The notes: a model not told the origin generated them from the sequence alone. Numbered from the stretch's first letter, positions 27,202-38,693 are shown. The stretch: DNA of 64,000 bases from Eledone cirrhosa (GCA_964016885.1 OZ024753.1:31434001-31498000), one strand, 5' to 3'. Translations and numbers: made by a program.

Positions 27202-29412
27202 TTAAATTAGCCATGTCAGCTCATTTCTCTCGGCCCGGTTGTTAAGTGGGGGTCTGAGGTTCTTAATAACAAGTGCTTCCTTTATCCTTAAGGATCCGAT
27301 GCTGCGTTCAGTCGCTAGGACTGTGACCAAGGGTCTAGCCTGTGGGTTTCCGCATTTGAGGATATGTTTACGGAAGGAAGATGCGTTGGTGTTGATATGT
27401 TCCTTGATACGAACATGTAGGGGTCGGATGGTGCTACCTATGTAAAACTTGTTACATTTATCGCATTGAATCTTATATACGACATAGGTGCGTAGGCAAT
27501 CTGCCCCCCGTATCGGGCAGTTGCTGAGGGAACAAGTCCTATCTGCCTCGTAGGGTTTGTTGGAGAGGCATCTTCGCAGCGAAGGTCCTGTGTGGGCCAA
27601 ATGTATGTCAAGTCCCTCCGTACGTATGGCCCTGCGGATGGCGTTCGTGGTACATTCACTCAGGTGGGGGATTTTAAAGAAGCACCTGCTAATATTAAGT
27701 TTTCTAGTGGGTGTCGGTCTACTGGGTCTGGGGTCTCTAATTCCGTTAATCAGTCGCTTGGGATAACCATTAGATCTGAGTAGATTACGGAATTGCGTGG
27801 TATGGGTGAGACCACCCATCGGGTCGCTGCATCTGTTAGTGATCCGTGTCAGTTCATTTAGGACATAGCCTCTCTTAGCGTTGTTGGGGAGGGCTGAGTT
27901 ATAATGCACAAATAGGTCCTTGCACGCTGCTTTGCGGTAGAAAGTGGTGTTTATGTCTCCATGTTCCGAGATGTTGATACGGAAGTCGAGGAGGGCGAGT
28001 GACCCGTCTTCTCCCGGGTGTTCGATGGTGAAATCGATGTGTTGGTCAGTATCGTTGAAGATTTGGTGAATTTCATTCGCCATCTCCCGGGAAGAAGTCA
28101 GTATCAGGATATCATCAACGTATCTGGAGTAGAAGGCGACGGCGTTGGGTTGGCAGGTATTGAGTGCCTTGCGCTCCAGGTGGTCCATGTACGAGATCGC
28201 AAGTATGCCGGACAGACTAGAGCCCATAGGTAGCCCAGAGATTTGTTTGTACGTGTGGCCAAGGAAATTGAAGAGTGCATTATCCACAACGAAGGAGAGG
28301 AGTTGGTGGATGTCCGTGTGTGTGAGTCCGAAGCAGTGTAGGTTAGATGCTCGGACTCGTTCGGTCAACAGGTCGACAGCTGGGGATGCTGGTACGGAGG
28401 TATAAAGGGAGACCACATCAAGACTGAAGGCATAACCGTTGTCCTTTCTGGTGTTGGGCGCCAGATGGTGTAGTCGCTCCAAGACTTCCATTGAGCTGCA
28501 GACGTGGGCTGGTAGTGTGTGTAGAATAGGTTTCAGTAGTGTGGAGAGCAGCCACGATATTTTATAGAGTGGGCCCTCCACGCTAGAGACAATGGGCCTG
28601 ATTTTCAAATCGGGTCCTTGTTTATGTGTTTTGACCAAGTGGTAGAAGGTGGGTAATTTGCTGTTTCGAGTCATTATGTTGTTTTTTACCTTCTTTGGCA
28701 GTTTTCGTTGGACACAGATGTTAGTCCATATGGTGTTAATGCCTTCCTCGATTAGAGTCGAGGAGGTCCCTGTGACTTTGGAGTAGAGGCTGTGGTCATT
28801 AAGATGTTGGAGAGCTAAGTTGTTGTAGGTCTCTCTCGAGATGACACAGAATTCTTTCCCCTTGTCAGAGGGAAGGTACACAAGGTTCCTGGATCTTAGG
28901 TTGGTGAGAGTATTAAATTGTGCATTGGTGAGGTTGCGTTTGTTGTGTGTGTGTGTGTGTTGGGAAAGGATGTTAGAGATAGAATGTTTCAACCTGAGTA
29001 GTTTAGTGTCAAGTTCGTGGTTGGTGGGTGGGGGGTGGAGTGGGTTGTCGAGGTGATACGTGGGGAGTGTGGGGTGGGTTGTGGGGTTGTAATCGATCTC
29101 GGTGTTGTTTTGGATGGCGGTTAGCCATTTCAGTTGATAAGCTGTCCGACAGAAGTTGGTTTCGATGTCGAGTTTCAGTCTATCATCGAGACGCTGTGTA
29201 ATGATGAACTTGGGTCCGAGGCGCAGAAGTTCGAGTTCGTCGTTGGTGAGGGTACCGGTTAAGTCGGTAACGAGGTGTGAAGCATCGTTGGTAGGTAGAT
29301 CGATGTTGGGGGGTGTAGCGGAGGGTGTTGTACAGCTGTTGCCCCTGGTGTGGTTGTAGTCGGTCCGTCTGTGGGAGCGGATGTTGTCAATGTAGTATTT
29401 GTTAACAGTCCA
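27202..29412 (-). CDS. PLE polyprotein: reverse transcriptase, Cys-rich linker and GIY-YIG endonuclease (5'-truncated, ~736 aa open frame)
   Basis: ELLRLGPKF, SDKG, FYHLVKTHK..IRPIVS, SLDVVSLYTSV, QISGLPMGSSLS, RYVDD, VVYKIQCDKCNKFYIGST.R.L..R..EH. The frame stays open upstream of the track's TTG (28992) to the inversion junction at 29412. Confidence 0.92.
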   Translation of the reverse strand, partial: WTVNKYYIDNIRSHRRTDYNHTRGNSCTTPSATPPNIDLPTNDASHLVTDLTGTLTNDELELLRLGPKFIITQRLDDRLKLDIETNFCRTAYQLKWLTAIQNNTEIDYNPTTHPTLPTYHLDNPLHPPPTNHELDTKLLRLKHSISNILSQHTHTHNKRNLTNAQFNTLTNLRSRNLVYLPSDKGKEFCVISRETYNNLALQHLNDHSLYSKVTGTSSTLIEEGINTIWTNICVQRKLPKKVKNNIMTRNSKLPTFYHLVKTHKQGPDLKIRPIVSSVEGPLYKISWLLSTLLKPILHTLPAHVCSSMEVLERLHHLAPNTRKDNGYAFSLDVVSLYTSVPASPAVDLLTERVRASNLHCFGLTHTDIHQLLSFVVDNALFNFLGHTYKQISGLPMGSSLSGILAISYMDHLERKALNTCQPNAVAFYSRYVDDILILTSSREMANEIHQIFNDTDQHIDFTIEHPGEDGSLALLDFRINISEHGDINTTFYRKAACKDLFVHYNSALPNNAKRGYVLNELTRITNRCSDPMGGLTHTTQFRNLLRSNGYPKRLINGIRDPRPSRPTPTRKLNISRCFFKIPHLSECTTNAIRRAIRTEGLDIHLAHTGPSLRRCLSNKPYEADRTCSLSNCPIRGADCLRTYVVYKIQCDKCNKFYIGSTIRPLHVRIKEHINTNASSFRKHILKCGNPQARPLVTVLATERSIGSLRIKEALVIKNLRPPLNNRAERNELTWLI

Positions 29413-29895
29413 TTCACACCCTTTGATTTCCAGCTTCTACAGCCCACTATCTTTCACACACAAACGCACTCACACATATACATACACAGTTACACACACA
29501 CATGTATACCCATACGCTTACACACACACACTTCTATATTTATACACGCACACATATTTTACAACCTACCACCTTTCACACCCTTTGATTTCCAACTTCT
29601 ACAGCCCACTATCTTTCACACACACACACACTCACACATATACACACTTACACCTATACACACACAGTCACACACACATATATATTTACATACACATATC
29701 TTAAGGCTTTCACACGCTAACGCACCCTCTTGATTTAACCCATTTGGTCAGTAGCTTTTGCCACAGCTTATCACGCGCACGCGCATTCTCTCCCTCGTTT
29801 AAATTTTAAATATTTTTCTCCCCATAACGGCATTCCTGTCTTAACGACATCAACACTTTCTCCGCTTGGCCTGTTTTCCCCCCTTTTGGAACTTT

Positions 29896-29931
29896 TCCCC
29901 CGTTGATGGGCGTGAGCCCGAAATATTGGGA
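29896..29931 (+). ncRNA. Variant minimal hammerhead in the inverted pseudo-LTR
   Basis: TCCC-CCGTTGA-T-GGGC-GTGA-GCCC-GAAA-TA-TT-GGGA. Confidence 0.55.
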
Positions 29932-30135
29932 TTAAAATCTCTACTACGGTAACCCTTCTACCTTTGTTTTGTTTTCATCTTTGTCTCTCTCAACTTTCAC
30001 TTTCACCTGTTTTTCCTATCTATATTTCACTTCCTACCTCGAGATTTCCCTTTGCATTGTTGTGGCTTTCTTAAATACGTATTTTTACACATTTCACAAT
30101 GCTTCAAGCAAACTTTAACACCCTCATATATATAT

Positions 30136-30166
<31 letters not shown>

Positions 30167-30585
30167 ATATATATACATATAATATATATATATAATATAT
30201 ATATATATATAATGTATATACATATAATATATATACATATAATATATATATATATATAATATATATATAATATATATATAATATATATATATAATATATA
30301 TATATAATATATATAATATATATATAATATATATAATATATATATATATATAATATATTTAATATATATATATATATAATATATATATATATATAATATA
30401 TATAATATATATATATAATATATATATAATATATATATATGCACACATGTATATATGCACGTATCGGTTTACCGAACATTTATTATAATGCTCGGTTTGT
30501 TTGTTTGTAAACAAACAAACAGCCCGAATTACGCCTACAGTGTTTAGGCAACCACGTCACATTTTTATTCAACACTGACACAGTA

Positions 30586-30628
30586 ACGATGTACTAGTTT
30601 CAAGCTTATTAGCTATCGTCAGCATCGT
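30586..30628 (-). ncRNA. Minimal type I hammerhead ribozyme with canonical core
   Basis: Minus strand: ACGATG-CTGACGA-T-AGCT-aata-AGCT-T-GAAA-CTAG-TA-CATCGT. Confidence 0.82.
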
Positions 30629-30685
30629 ATACCTTCCGGCCAGATGGTTGAACGTGTGAAAGTATCATTCTTTTCATTCTAATCC

Positions 30686-30791
<106 letters not shown>

Positions 30792-30800
30792 AATATATAC

Positions 30801-32223
30801 ATTGTGCTTGTGTATGGATTTATTTATTCATCTATTTATTTATTCATTTATACTTCTCTTAGGTCAGTGTTGTTTCTTTGGGTGTTGTTGTTATTCCATT
30901 CATTCTTTCTGTTTAGCCTTGGCCTTCTAAGTTCTATTTCACTGGCCTCTCTGATTTGCCTATCTGCTGGGTCATTTCTATGTTTAGATATTATTCTAAT
31001 TTCTATGTTGTCTATGTTACCGTCGTATTGTTGTCTGGCATGTTCGTATAGTACTGAACCGTTTTTTCGTCCTTTTAGTTCCCCCCAGTGTTGGTCTATC
31101 CTTTCACCTATGCTACGAGCATTCTCGCCTATGTATGTTGTTGTCATGTTTCTGCAAGTACCCTCTGTACATCTTATGCTATAGACTACGTTTCTAGTTT
31201 TACAGTTTATCCGGGGGTTTACCTTACATATGATACATTTCCTATTAGTACAGTGGGTTTTCTTAAAAGGGTAGGTTTTGCTGATCAGGGATTTTATGGT
31301 GGTTCCTGGCTTTTCTACCACCTTAATCTTTAAGTGGGTCTTTCTCAGGGCCTTTCTACACTGGTTAGCTAATTACCCTCCAGGGGTAGCGTCCACAAAC
31401 ATGACACTCTGGTATCTCTGGTTGTCGTACCATGAGGTGGCTTTCCCTATCCGAAACGAATGCAATAGGCATTTCAATAAGAAATTAGAATGGATGAATA
31501 AGAAAAAATTACAAGAAAGGAAAATAGAATACTCTCAAAAATACCCAGATAACATCAACAATATCCGTATGACTGATGTAAAACTACCGGAAGAATTTAC
31601 CAATGACCACACAGTAAATATTTATGGGAACACTTTAATCATTGAACAAGAACAACAAATCCTGCAGCTACCACCCAAAGAAACAACACTGACCTAAGAG
31701 AAGTATAAATAAATAAATAAATAGATAAATAAATAAATAAATCCATACACAAGCACAATAACAAACACATATAAACACACACTAGTAAAGATAGAATACA
31801 TTAACCAATACACAGTCACCCAATCACGAACACACATCAAACAAAACACTATACACACACGCAAACGCATGCGCAAAGAATAAAATAAACAAATAAAATA
31901 AACAAATAAATAAATATATAAACAGACTAAATAAAGATGGCGTAGAAAATACAATGTAACGGGAGGAAACAATAGCACCAGTGACGATGTTGCAGATGAG
32001 AAACGAAAGAACTTTGATAAACTATATATATGTGTTTGTGACTATATTGTATCTGTATTATTTTTGACCGTTGGTCAGTCAATGGCTACATTGAGGACCG
32101 AATAAATTAGATTACCGATATAAAAGACACAGAAGCGAAAAGCGAAAACCAACCAAACAGTGAGTGTGTTCTTTTATTAATTCTGGCAATATTACACAAA
32201 TATGACCCTCCGCAAGTATAACA

Positions 32224-32226
<3 letters not shown>
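30801..32226. mobile_element. Rearranged PLE remnant (Neptune-like): inverted GIY-YIG segment plus an internally deleted copy with 3' UTR
   Basis: Inverted arms 30801-30884 and 31672-31759; degenerate HHR at ~31977-32018; 3' end shared with family F3. Confidence 0.8.
30848..31435 (-). pseudogene. PLE C-terminal fragment (RT thumb, Cys linker, GIY-YIG) with an in-frame stop
   Basis: MFVDATPGG*LANQC...VVEKPG...CTNRKCIIC...[12 protein letters not shown]...[16 protein letters not shown]...RQIREA. Confidence 0.85.
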
Positions 32227-32262
<36 letters not shown>

Positions 32263-32265
32263 TCA

Positions 32266-32314
32266 GATTCTACAGGACTAGAACTGTTTCATTCTTTAGA
32301 AATCATCAGGAATC
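32266..32314 (-). ncRNA. Type I hammerhead ribozyme
   Basis: Minus strand: GATTC-CTGATGA-T-TTC-taaa-GAA-T-GAAA-CAG-ttctagtc-CTG-TA-GAATC. Confidence 0.7.
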
Positions 32315-32397
32315 ATGTGGTTACCTCCGATTCAACCCGGAATAACGTACTATATATATATATATAATATATAATATATATATATATAATATATAAT

Positions 32398-32448
<51 letters not shown>

Positions 32449-34097
32449 TATATGAGTGTGTGTGTGCGCGTGTGTATAGATATACACCCACATTCAAACA
32501 CACAAACACTCATACATAGGCGCAGACATGTTTGTATCGGGTTTTGTCGAACAGCATCTTAATTAAATCGGCCTAAATCTGTAACCTCTGGTTAACCAAT
32601 GTGTTATGAGTGAAAATTGCCAGACGAAACTGACCTGAAGTCAAATAATGGCAAAAAATAGATCAAACGTTTTGAAGTTCAAGAATTCGTTTCTAAATGG
32701 CTTCTATGTTTCGACAAAATTGTACAATGTATCATTGTTATCTTTTGATCCGAGGTAAACCATTGAGATGATTTTTGTTGTTTATTGAAAGCTAACATAT
32801 TAATTGAAGACCTCAGTATCATGATTGAAGTTTGCGTATCAGAAAAGTCTATTGAGTATATGGCTGTGAGAACCAAACTTGAACAGAAATGTGACAGAGC
32901 TAAGAGAAAATGCCGGTACCATATTGATTGAAAGCATTGTTAGCAAATCAAAGTCAATGTCGTTCGTCTTCACGTGTTCTGAGTTCAAATCCCACCGTTG
33001 TCATCTTTACGTTCGGTCCTTTCAGCGTCGATACAATAAAGTACCAGCCCATGGCGATGGAATGGATGAATCGTTAGAGCGCTCGACAAATGCTGAGCAG
33101 TGTTTGTTTCAGCCCTTTAAGTTCTAAATCTCAAATCTTGCCGAGGTCGAATTTCCCTTTCATCCTTGAGAAGTCGATAATATAAACTGCCTGAATTAGA
33201 AACCAATAAGGTTTATATAATGTTGAAATACACGATAAACACAGTTATTCATAGACGTTATGGTTATAGAAGTTAAAGTCCTTACTCATTGCTCTCGGAA
33301 CGGAGTTGGTTAAGCGCAAGTCCGTGTTCCATAAAGTGGAGAGGTTATCCCAGTGCGTGTTCCTCGCCATCCTGTCCACTGGCATCACGAGGCCGATTTA
33401 CACTTAATCTATATTGATTACACGAGTGTTTTTCACTTAATGAAAAAAATAGAACTGAAATATCTATACATATATAATTGAGAACACAACCGTTCTAAAT
33501 GAAGCCTAACAGGACTACTGATACAATTATTTGTCTACTACAATTGCCATTACAGTGATTATTTCTTCGAACACGCCGTAACATTGAATGAGTACTGTAC
33601 ATTAGCCTATACAATATATTGATTTTGATAAGAGCACCTTACAAATGTGTATGAAATTAGATTGTCTTACATAGCCCCAACACTGACTCAGCTTCGAGTA
33701 GGTTCCTATTGTTAAATATTTCCATTAACTTATTTAGTTTTCAATTTCACATTATATTAATTTAGATTAAAAGCATCTTTCATTTAATCATTAAAAGGCT
33801 TTTAGAATGCATTTACTAGGAGGTGCAATTTTCTGTCACTTTTTGAAATACAAAGAATGTATTTAACCTTTTAGATTTTCTAGATTTTGAGAGAATAATT
33901 CCTGTAAAGGGATGTTCCTTCGAAAATCTCAAAATAATTTTCTATATTTGATATGGAATTCTTTCATTTCTGGTTCTAAGTCGATTAGTGGAAACATTTT
34001 CACATTAGGGATTTCGGTATTTTGAAGCATTAAATTTTAATCATCAATTTGGCTTCAGCCTAATAAAAAAAATGCTAATAACAACTACAATACTAAT

Positions 34098-34733
34098 AAT
34101 GATTTCTACTATAGTACAAGGCCAGTAATGTGGGGGAAGGGAAAGTCGATTAAATAGATTCCAGTTCGTTACTGGTACTTTATTTTATCGACCCCGTAAG
34201 GATAAAAGGCAAAGTTAACCTCAGTAGGATTTGTACTCAGATCCTAAAGGGCCGTAATTCTATGCTGCAAAGCATACTGTCCGACTCTACCGATACTGCC
34301 AATCCACCACCCTAACAACAATACTAATAATAATAGGCACAAGGTCAGAAATTTAGGGGAGGGCGAAAGTCGATTAAATCAACATCAGTGCGTGACTGGT
34401 ACTTTTTTCATCGACCCCGTAAAGATGAAGGGCAAAGTTCAACTCTGCGTGATTTGAACTCAGGACGTAAAGTGAAGTGACTATATGCTGCAAAGTATCT
34501 TGTTCGGCGCTCTACCAATATTTCCAATCCACCACCCTCGATAATGATAATGGTTTCAGATTTAGGCACAAGGCCGGCAACTTCAGTGCTTACTGGTACT
34601 TTATTTTATTCTCCTCGTAAGGCAGAAAGACAAAGCTAACCTTGATGGGATTTGAACTCAGAACGTAAAGGACCATATCTCAATGCTGCAAAGCACAGTG
34701 TCCGATGCTCTACCGATAATGCCAATCCGCCGC
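34098..34733 (-). mobile_element. Three head-to-tail S1 SINE copies (34098-34312, 34333-34538, 34548-34733)
   Basis: Each has the tail, the core and the ccaatcc(a/g)cc head. Confidence 0.85.
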
Positions 34734-35255
34734 CGAATGTTTGATATGTCGGGCTTAAGCCCTTTTTCGGGAGTACAAAATTAGAGACAGGATCACAAAG
34801 GTGATACAAAGGAGATACAGAAATAAGTAAAGAAAAAAAAATGGAATATAAAAAGTGTAAACAAGACAAACCGTTAGGTTGTCTTGGTAACAAGTAACAC
34901 GTGTGTATGCTTGTATGCGTGTGTGTGTGTATGTATGTGTGTGTGTGGGGAGGTGTATGTGTGTAATCTATATAGTTGATAGATATTAGATAAGTTTCTT
35001 TTATTTGCCACTAGGGCATCAAAAGTGGGACAAGTACAAAGGGGGGAGTTTACACAAAAAGGCGTCCTCAATAAGGAGGAGGCAATAACAAAATATAAAA
35101 ATAAAATAAGATATAACAAAAATAAAATTTTTAACAAAATCCTCAATAGAGAGGAGGCGCCTTGGGGGGTCGCACACACCCCCGAACAAAGTGTGCAACC
35201 CTTTTCCTCAGGAGCACAGAGAGGGGGTGCTCCCTCGTTCCTTCCTCTTTTCCAC

Positions 35256-38200
35256 CTACAGGCTTATGTAAAGAGAAGGCCCATTCACACGGGCCATTCT
35301 CGCCACTTTCACCCACCTTTCATAAAAACGACTGGGGTGCAGCACCTCTCTCTCCATCCTGATCCTTCTTCCGAAATGATATCGGAAGAAACGGACCAGT
35401 TGTTGGCCAGAGAGAAAGGTGCCTGACCTCAGTCCTTTCAGACGCGTCCACCATACAACCTCTTTCGCCATGGCTATTACGCACAGAAACACCGCCTCTG
35501 CTTCATCTTTGAAGGGGGGAGGCGGCTTGATCATTACAATAGACTCGGTGGTCAACCGGATCGGTCCCACCCTTGACAGCAGTTGTTCGACATAGCCCCA
35601 CAGATCGGCTACGCCCGAGCAGTGTACCAATGCGTGTGCAACGGTTTCCTCGTCGCACACGCATCTGGGACAGATCTTTTTGGCGGGGTCCCTACCCGGG
35701 CGCCCGTGTCTGTAGAGCCTTTCTCGAACGGGTAAAGCCCCTCGGTAGCACTGCCAGGCCAGGGACTTCTGGAAGTTGTCCATAGGTCCCGGGCTGAATG
35801 TCCTACCGAACAGGCTGGCCAGTTCGTCCTCCTCCATGTCTAGGGCTTCTCCGAGGGCGTCGTCGCACCTGCTGCGTACCAGCCCTCTATAGAATGTTGC
35901 GGTGGAGTCTCCACTGATAACCGGATCCGCCTGCCAGAGGGCGGTGAGCGCCTGGGCACACTCAGTGTGCCAGGCGCCCAGTTTTCTCGGTCTTTGCTTG
36001 ACCCAGGATTGCAGCTCGGTGAGTGAGACGAGTCTGGGAAAGGTTCGTCTCACAAACGAGGCCCACACCGGTTGTCCGGTGAGGAATACGTAGAGGTGCC
36101 GTAGCCTTAATGCGTGTTTACGCATCATTAGCCACGGCATCCCCAGCCCTCCTTTCGAAGGGTGTTGACAGCAGATGGATCTCCTCACCATAGGAGCCCG
36201 CCCCTTCCAAAGGAATTGGAAGAGCGCGCGCTCCATCTTGGTGAGGGTTTCCCTTGGGCAGGGCACTACGGTCAGGCGGTAGTAGATGACGGACGCTATA
36301 TAAGTGTTCGCCACCTCCGCCCGACCTTTCAGGGATAGTTTGCAACTGGCCCACTTCTGGGTCAGTGCAAACACCCTGTTCGTAACCTCCGCCCAGTTTT
36401 TCTCCACCTGGAGGTCCGGTCCGAACCAGACCCCGAGCAACTTCACCGGGCCCTCCGTCCAGCGTCCGACGACGCCATCGGAGGGCATCGGTCTGCCCCT
36501 CCACGTGCCGAGTTGCAAACCGATCGACTTGTCCCGGTTCAGCTTAGCCCCTGTGAACTTTTCGTACTCCTCCAGTAAGGTGCCGACCGCCTCGATTTCG
36601 GAGGCCGTCGACACCATTACTGTCACATCATCGGCGTAGGCCGACACCGCTTTCCGCAATCCCGGTTCCAAAGGGATGCCCTGCAACAACTCCAACTTCC
36701 GCAGTAGTGGCTCGAGAGTCAACACATACAGAAGGGAGGAGAGAGGGCACCCTTGTCGGATGGACCGCGCGATTTTGAACGGCTCCGAGAGGTAGCCGTT
36801 CACCTTGACCCTAGAGCAGATGCGGCTGCTGTGCATAGCAGTGATCCAGCCCCTGAAAACGGGTCCGAAGCCTGCCGCCGCTAGCACCGCATTCAGGTAA
36901 CCATGGTCGACCCTATCGAACGCCTTAGATTGATCCAAGTTGATCAGAGCCCCACCAAAGCCGGGTTCGTTCCCAACCCTCTCTATGATGTATCGCATGA
37001 GGTGGAGGTTGTCATGGATGGACCTGGACGGGATAGCGCATGTCTGCGCATCTCCCACCAGGTTGCCCACGACAAGCGCCAACCTCTTTGCTAGCACCTT
37101 GGCCAAAATCTGTAACTCTGTATTTAGCAGAGTTATGGGCCTGAAGTTACTTATTTCGTCCCCCTTGTTCTCGTCCTTCCTCACTAGCGTGACTACGCCC
37201 TTGGTCACAGTACAGGGAATTCTCCCGTTCTGTTGCCAGTTGCAGTAGACCGCCTCGAGGAGATCGGGGAACAAGTCCGGCATAGCTAGATATAATTCGT
37301 AAGGAAGACCATCGAGACCCGGGGATTTGCGTTTGCCGCATTGGCCCAGCACGTCCTCTATCTCAGCGGCCGAAATCGGCTCCTCGCAAGACTTCGCCTC
37401 CCTGTCCGAGAGGCGCGGCAGGCCGTCGAGGTATGGACCGAAGTCCACGTTTCCAACCGGCTCCCCGCCCCTCCCGAACAGTCGGGCAAAGTGCCTTTGA
37501 ACGGCCTCACACATCTGCTTAGGCTCAAGAATCGCCCGTCCATCCAGGTCTCGCAAAGACCGGATGGTGGATTTAGTTCCACTGTTGGCCTCTGTCACGC
37601 GGGCCCAGCTAACAGCTTTGGCCCCCTCGTTCCCTAGAGCACGTATTTTACTTCGGACAACGCAGCCTTCGTGCTTCGCGTCGAAAAACTGGCTCAAAGC
37701 CGTTCTCGACGCTAGCACTCTGGCCACGTCGCCGCTTCTAATTGCCTCTTCTACTCTATCTATTAGCTCCCTTTCCTTCCTATTCCTATCCGCAGCTAGA
37801 ACCTTACTAAATTCAATCGAGACTACTCTAATCTCTCTCTTTAGAGATACCCACCACCTGCTGTTGACGATCGCTCCAGTCAACCGTTCCTTAACTAACG
37901 TACTAATCCGATTCCTGTAGGCTCTACTTGCCGGCAAGGACAAGTTGAGCTTCCAGTAACCGGGGCCCTGTCTATGCGTTCTATCAAGGTTGACCATGCA
38001 GGTCACCAACTTGTGGTCTGAATAGCCAACCATGAGCATTTTTGGACAACTTAAAAAGTCCCTGTCCTTATTTCTAACTAAAAATCTATCTAGGTACGAT
38101 CTAGATGATCCGCTGCGATTTGACCAAGACCAGGTTGGCACCGTCGGAAAATCTAGTCGAAATCTATCGGCCAGGTCAAATCGGCCGAGTAACCCCTTGA

Positions 38201-38693
38201 GGCTGTTGCACCCCTCTCTATCGGGACATGCCCCTGCATAGTCCCAACGTGCATCCAGGATACCATTCCAATCCCCCACTAAAAGCAGGGAACGGGACGT
38301 CCCTAGAAAAGACTCCAGACGCTGGAAAAAGTCGGGCCGCTCTGTCCCAAAAGGGGCATATGCGGCTATCAGCCTAAGGGCTCTACCTTCACCACTGCCA
38401 AGGTCCAGCACCACCAGTCGACCCCCTGGGTCCAAGTGAACTATCTGTGTTGCAAGGCCCATATGTTTTTGCAGCAGAACGACAACCCCACCCCCACCTC
38501 CGGGCTGACAGAGAGATGCGTGCATCTCAAAGTCGTCAAAGGTGGGGGCTAGCTGTCGCATGCTGCTGATCCGGGCCTCGCAGATAACCATCACATTTAT
38601 AGATTGTGACCTGAGGTCATTTAGAAGCATTGCTTGCTTCCAAGACGAGCCCAGGCCACGCGCATTTAGACACCCTACTCTTAGCACAGCCAT
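35256..38693 (-). CDS. Tx1-type ORF2: APE endonuclease, reverse transcriptase and C-terminal CCHC
   Basis: First ATG at 38693 (MAVLRVGCLNARGL); YAP, GDWN, YLDRF, SDHK, GPGYWKLN; KSPGLDGLP, FRPITLLN, SKAFDRV, RQGCPLS, YADD; CPRC..EETVAHALVHC. Confidence 0.95.
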   Translation of the reverse strand: MAVLRVGCLNARGLGSSWKQAMLLNDLRSQSINVMVICEARISSMRQLAPTFDDFEMHASLCQPGGGGGVVVLLQKHMGLATQIVHLDPGGRLVVLDLGSGEGRALRLIAAYAPFGTERPDFFQRLESFLGTSRSLLLVGDWNGILDARWDYAGACPDREGCNSLKGLLGRFDLADRFRLDFPTVPTWSWSNRSGSSRSYLDRFLVRNKDRDFLSCPKMLMVGYSDHKLVTCMVNLDRTHRQGPGYWKLNLSLPASRAYRNRISTLVKERLTGAIVNSRWWVSLKREIRVVSIEFSKVLAADRNRKERELIDRVEEAIRSGDVARVLASRTALSQFFDAKHEGCVVRSKIRALGNEGAKAVSWARVTEANSGTKSTIRSLRDLDGRAILEPKQMCEAVQRHFARLFGRGGEPVGNVDFGPYLDGLPRLSDREAKSCEEPISAAEIEDVLGQCGKRKSPGLDGLPYELYLAMPDLFPDLLEAVYCNWQQNGRIPCTVTKGVVTLVRKDENKGDEISNFRPITLLNTELQILAKVLAKRLALVVGNLVGDAQTCAIPSRSIHDNLHLMRYIIERVGNEPGFGGALINLDQSKAFDRVDHGYLNAVLAAAGFGPVFRGWITAMHSSRICSRVKVNGYLSEPFKIARSIRQGCPLSSLLYVLTLEPLLRKLELLQGIPLEPGLRKAVSAYADDVTVMVSTASEIEAVGTLLEEYEKFTGAKLNRDKSIGLQLGTWRGRPMPSDGVVGRWTEGPVKLLGVWFGPDLQVEKNWAEVTNRVFALTQKWASCKLSLKGRAEVANTYIASVIYYRLTVVPCPRETLTKMERALFQFLWKGRAPMVRRSICCQHPSKGGLGMPWLMMRKHALRLRHLYVFLTGQPVWASFVRRTFPRLVSLTELQSWVKQRPRKLGAWHTECAQALTALWQADPVISGDSTATFYRGLVRSRCDDALGEALDMEEDELASLFGRTFSPGPMDNFQKSLAWQCYRGALPVRERLYRHGRPGRDPAKKICPRCVCDEETVAHALVHCSGVADLWGYVEQLLSRVGPIRLTTESIVMIKPPPPFKDEAEAVFLCVIAMAKEVVWWTRLKGLRSGTFLSGQQLVRFFRYHFGRRIRMEREVLHPSRFYERWVKVARMARVNGPSLYISL

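Larger units (their letters stand above)
26402..30125 (-). mobile_element. Penelope-like retroelement, 5'-truncated, with inverted pseudo-LTRs
   Basis: RT plus GIY-YIG ORF; 26402-27076 is the reverse complement of 29413-30087 (675 bp); (TA)n on both sides. Confidence 0.93.
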
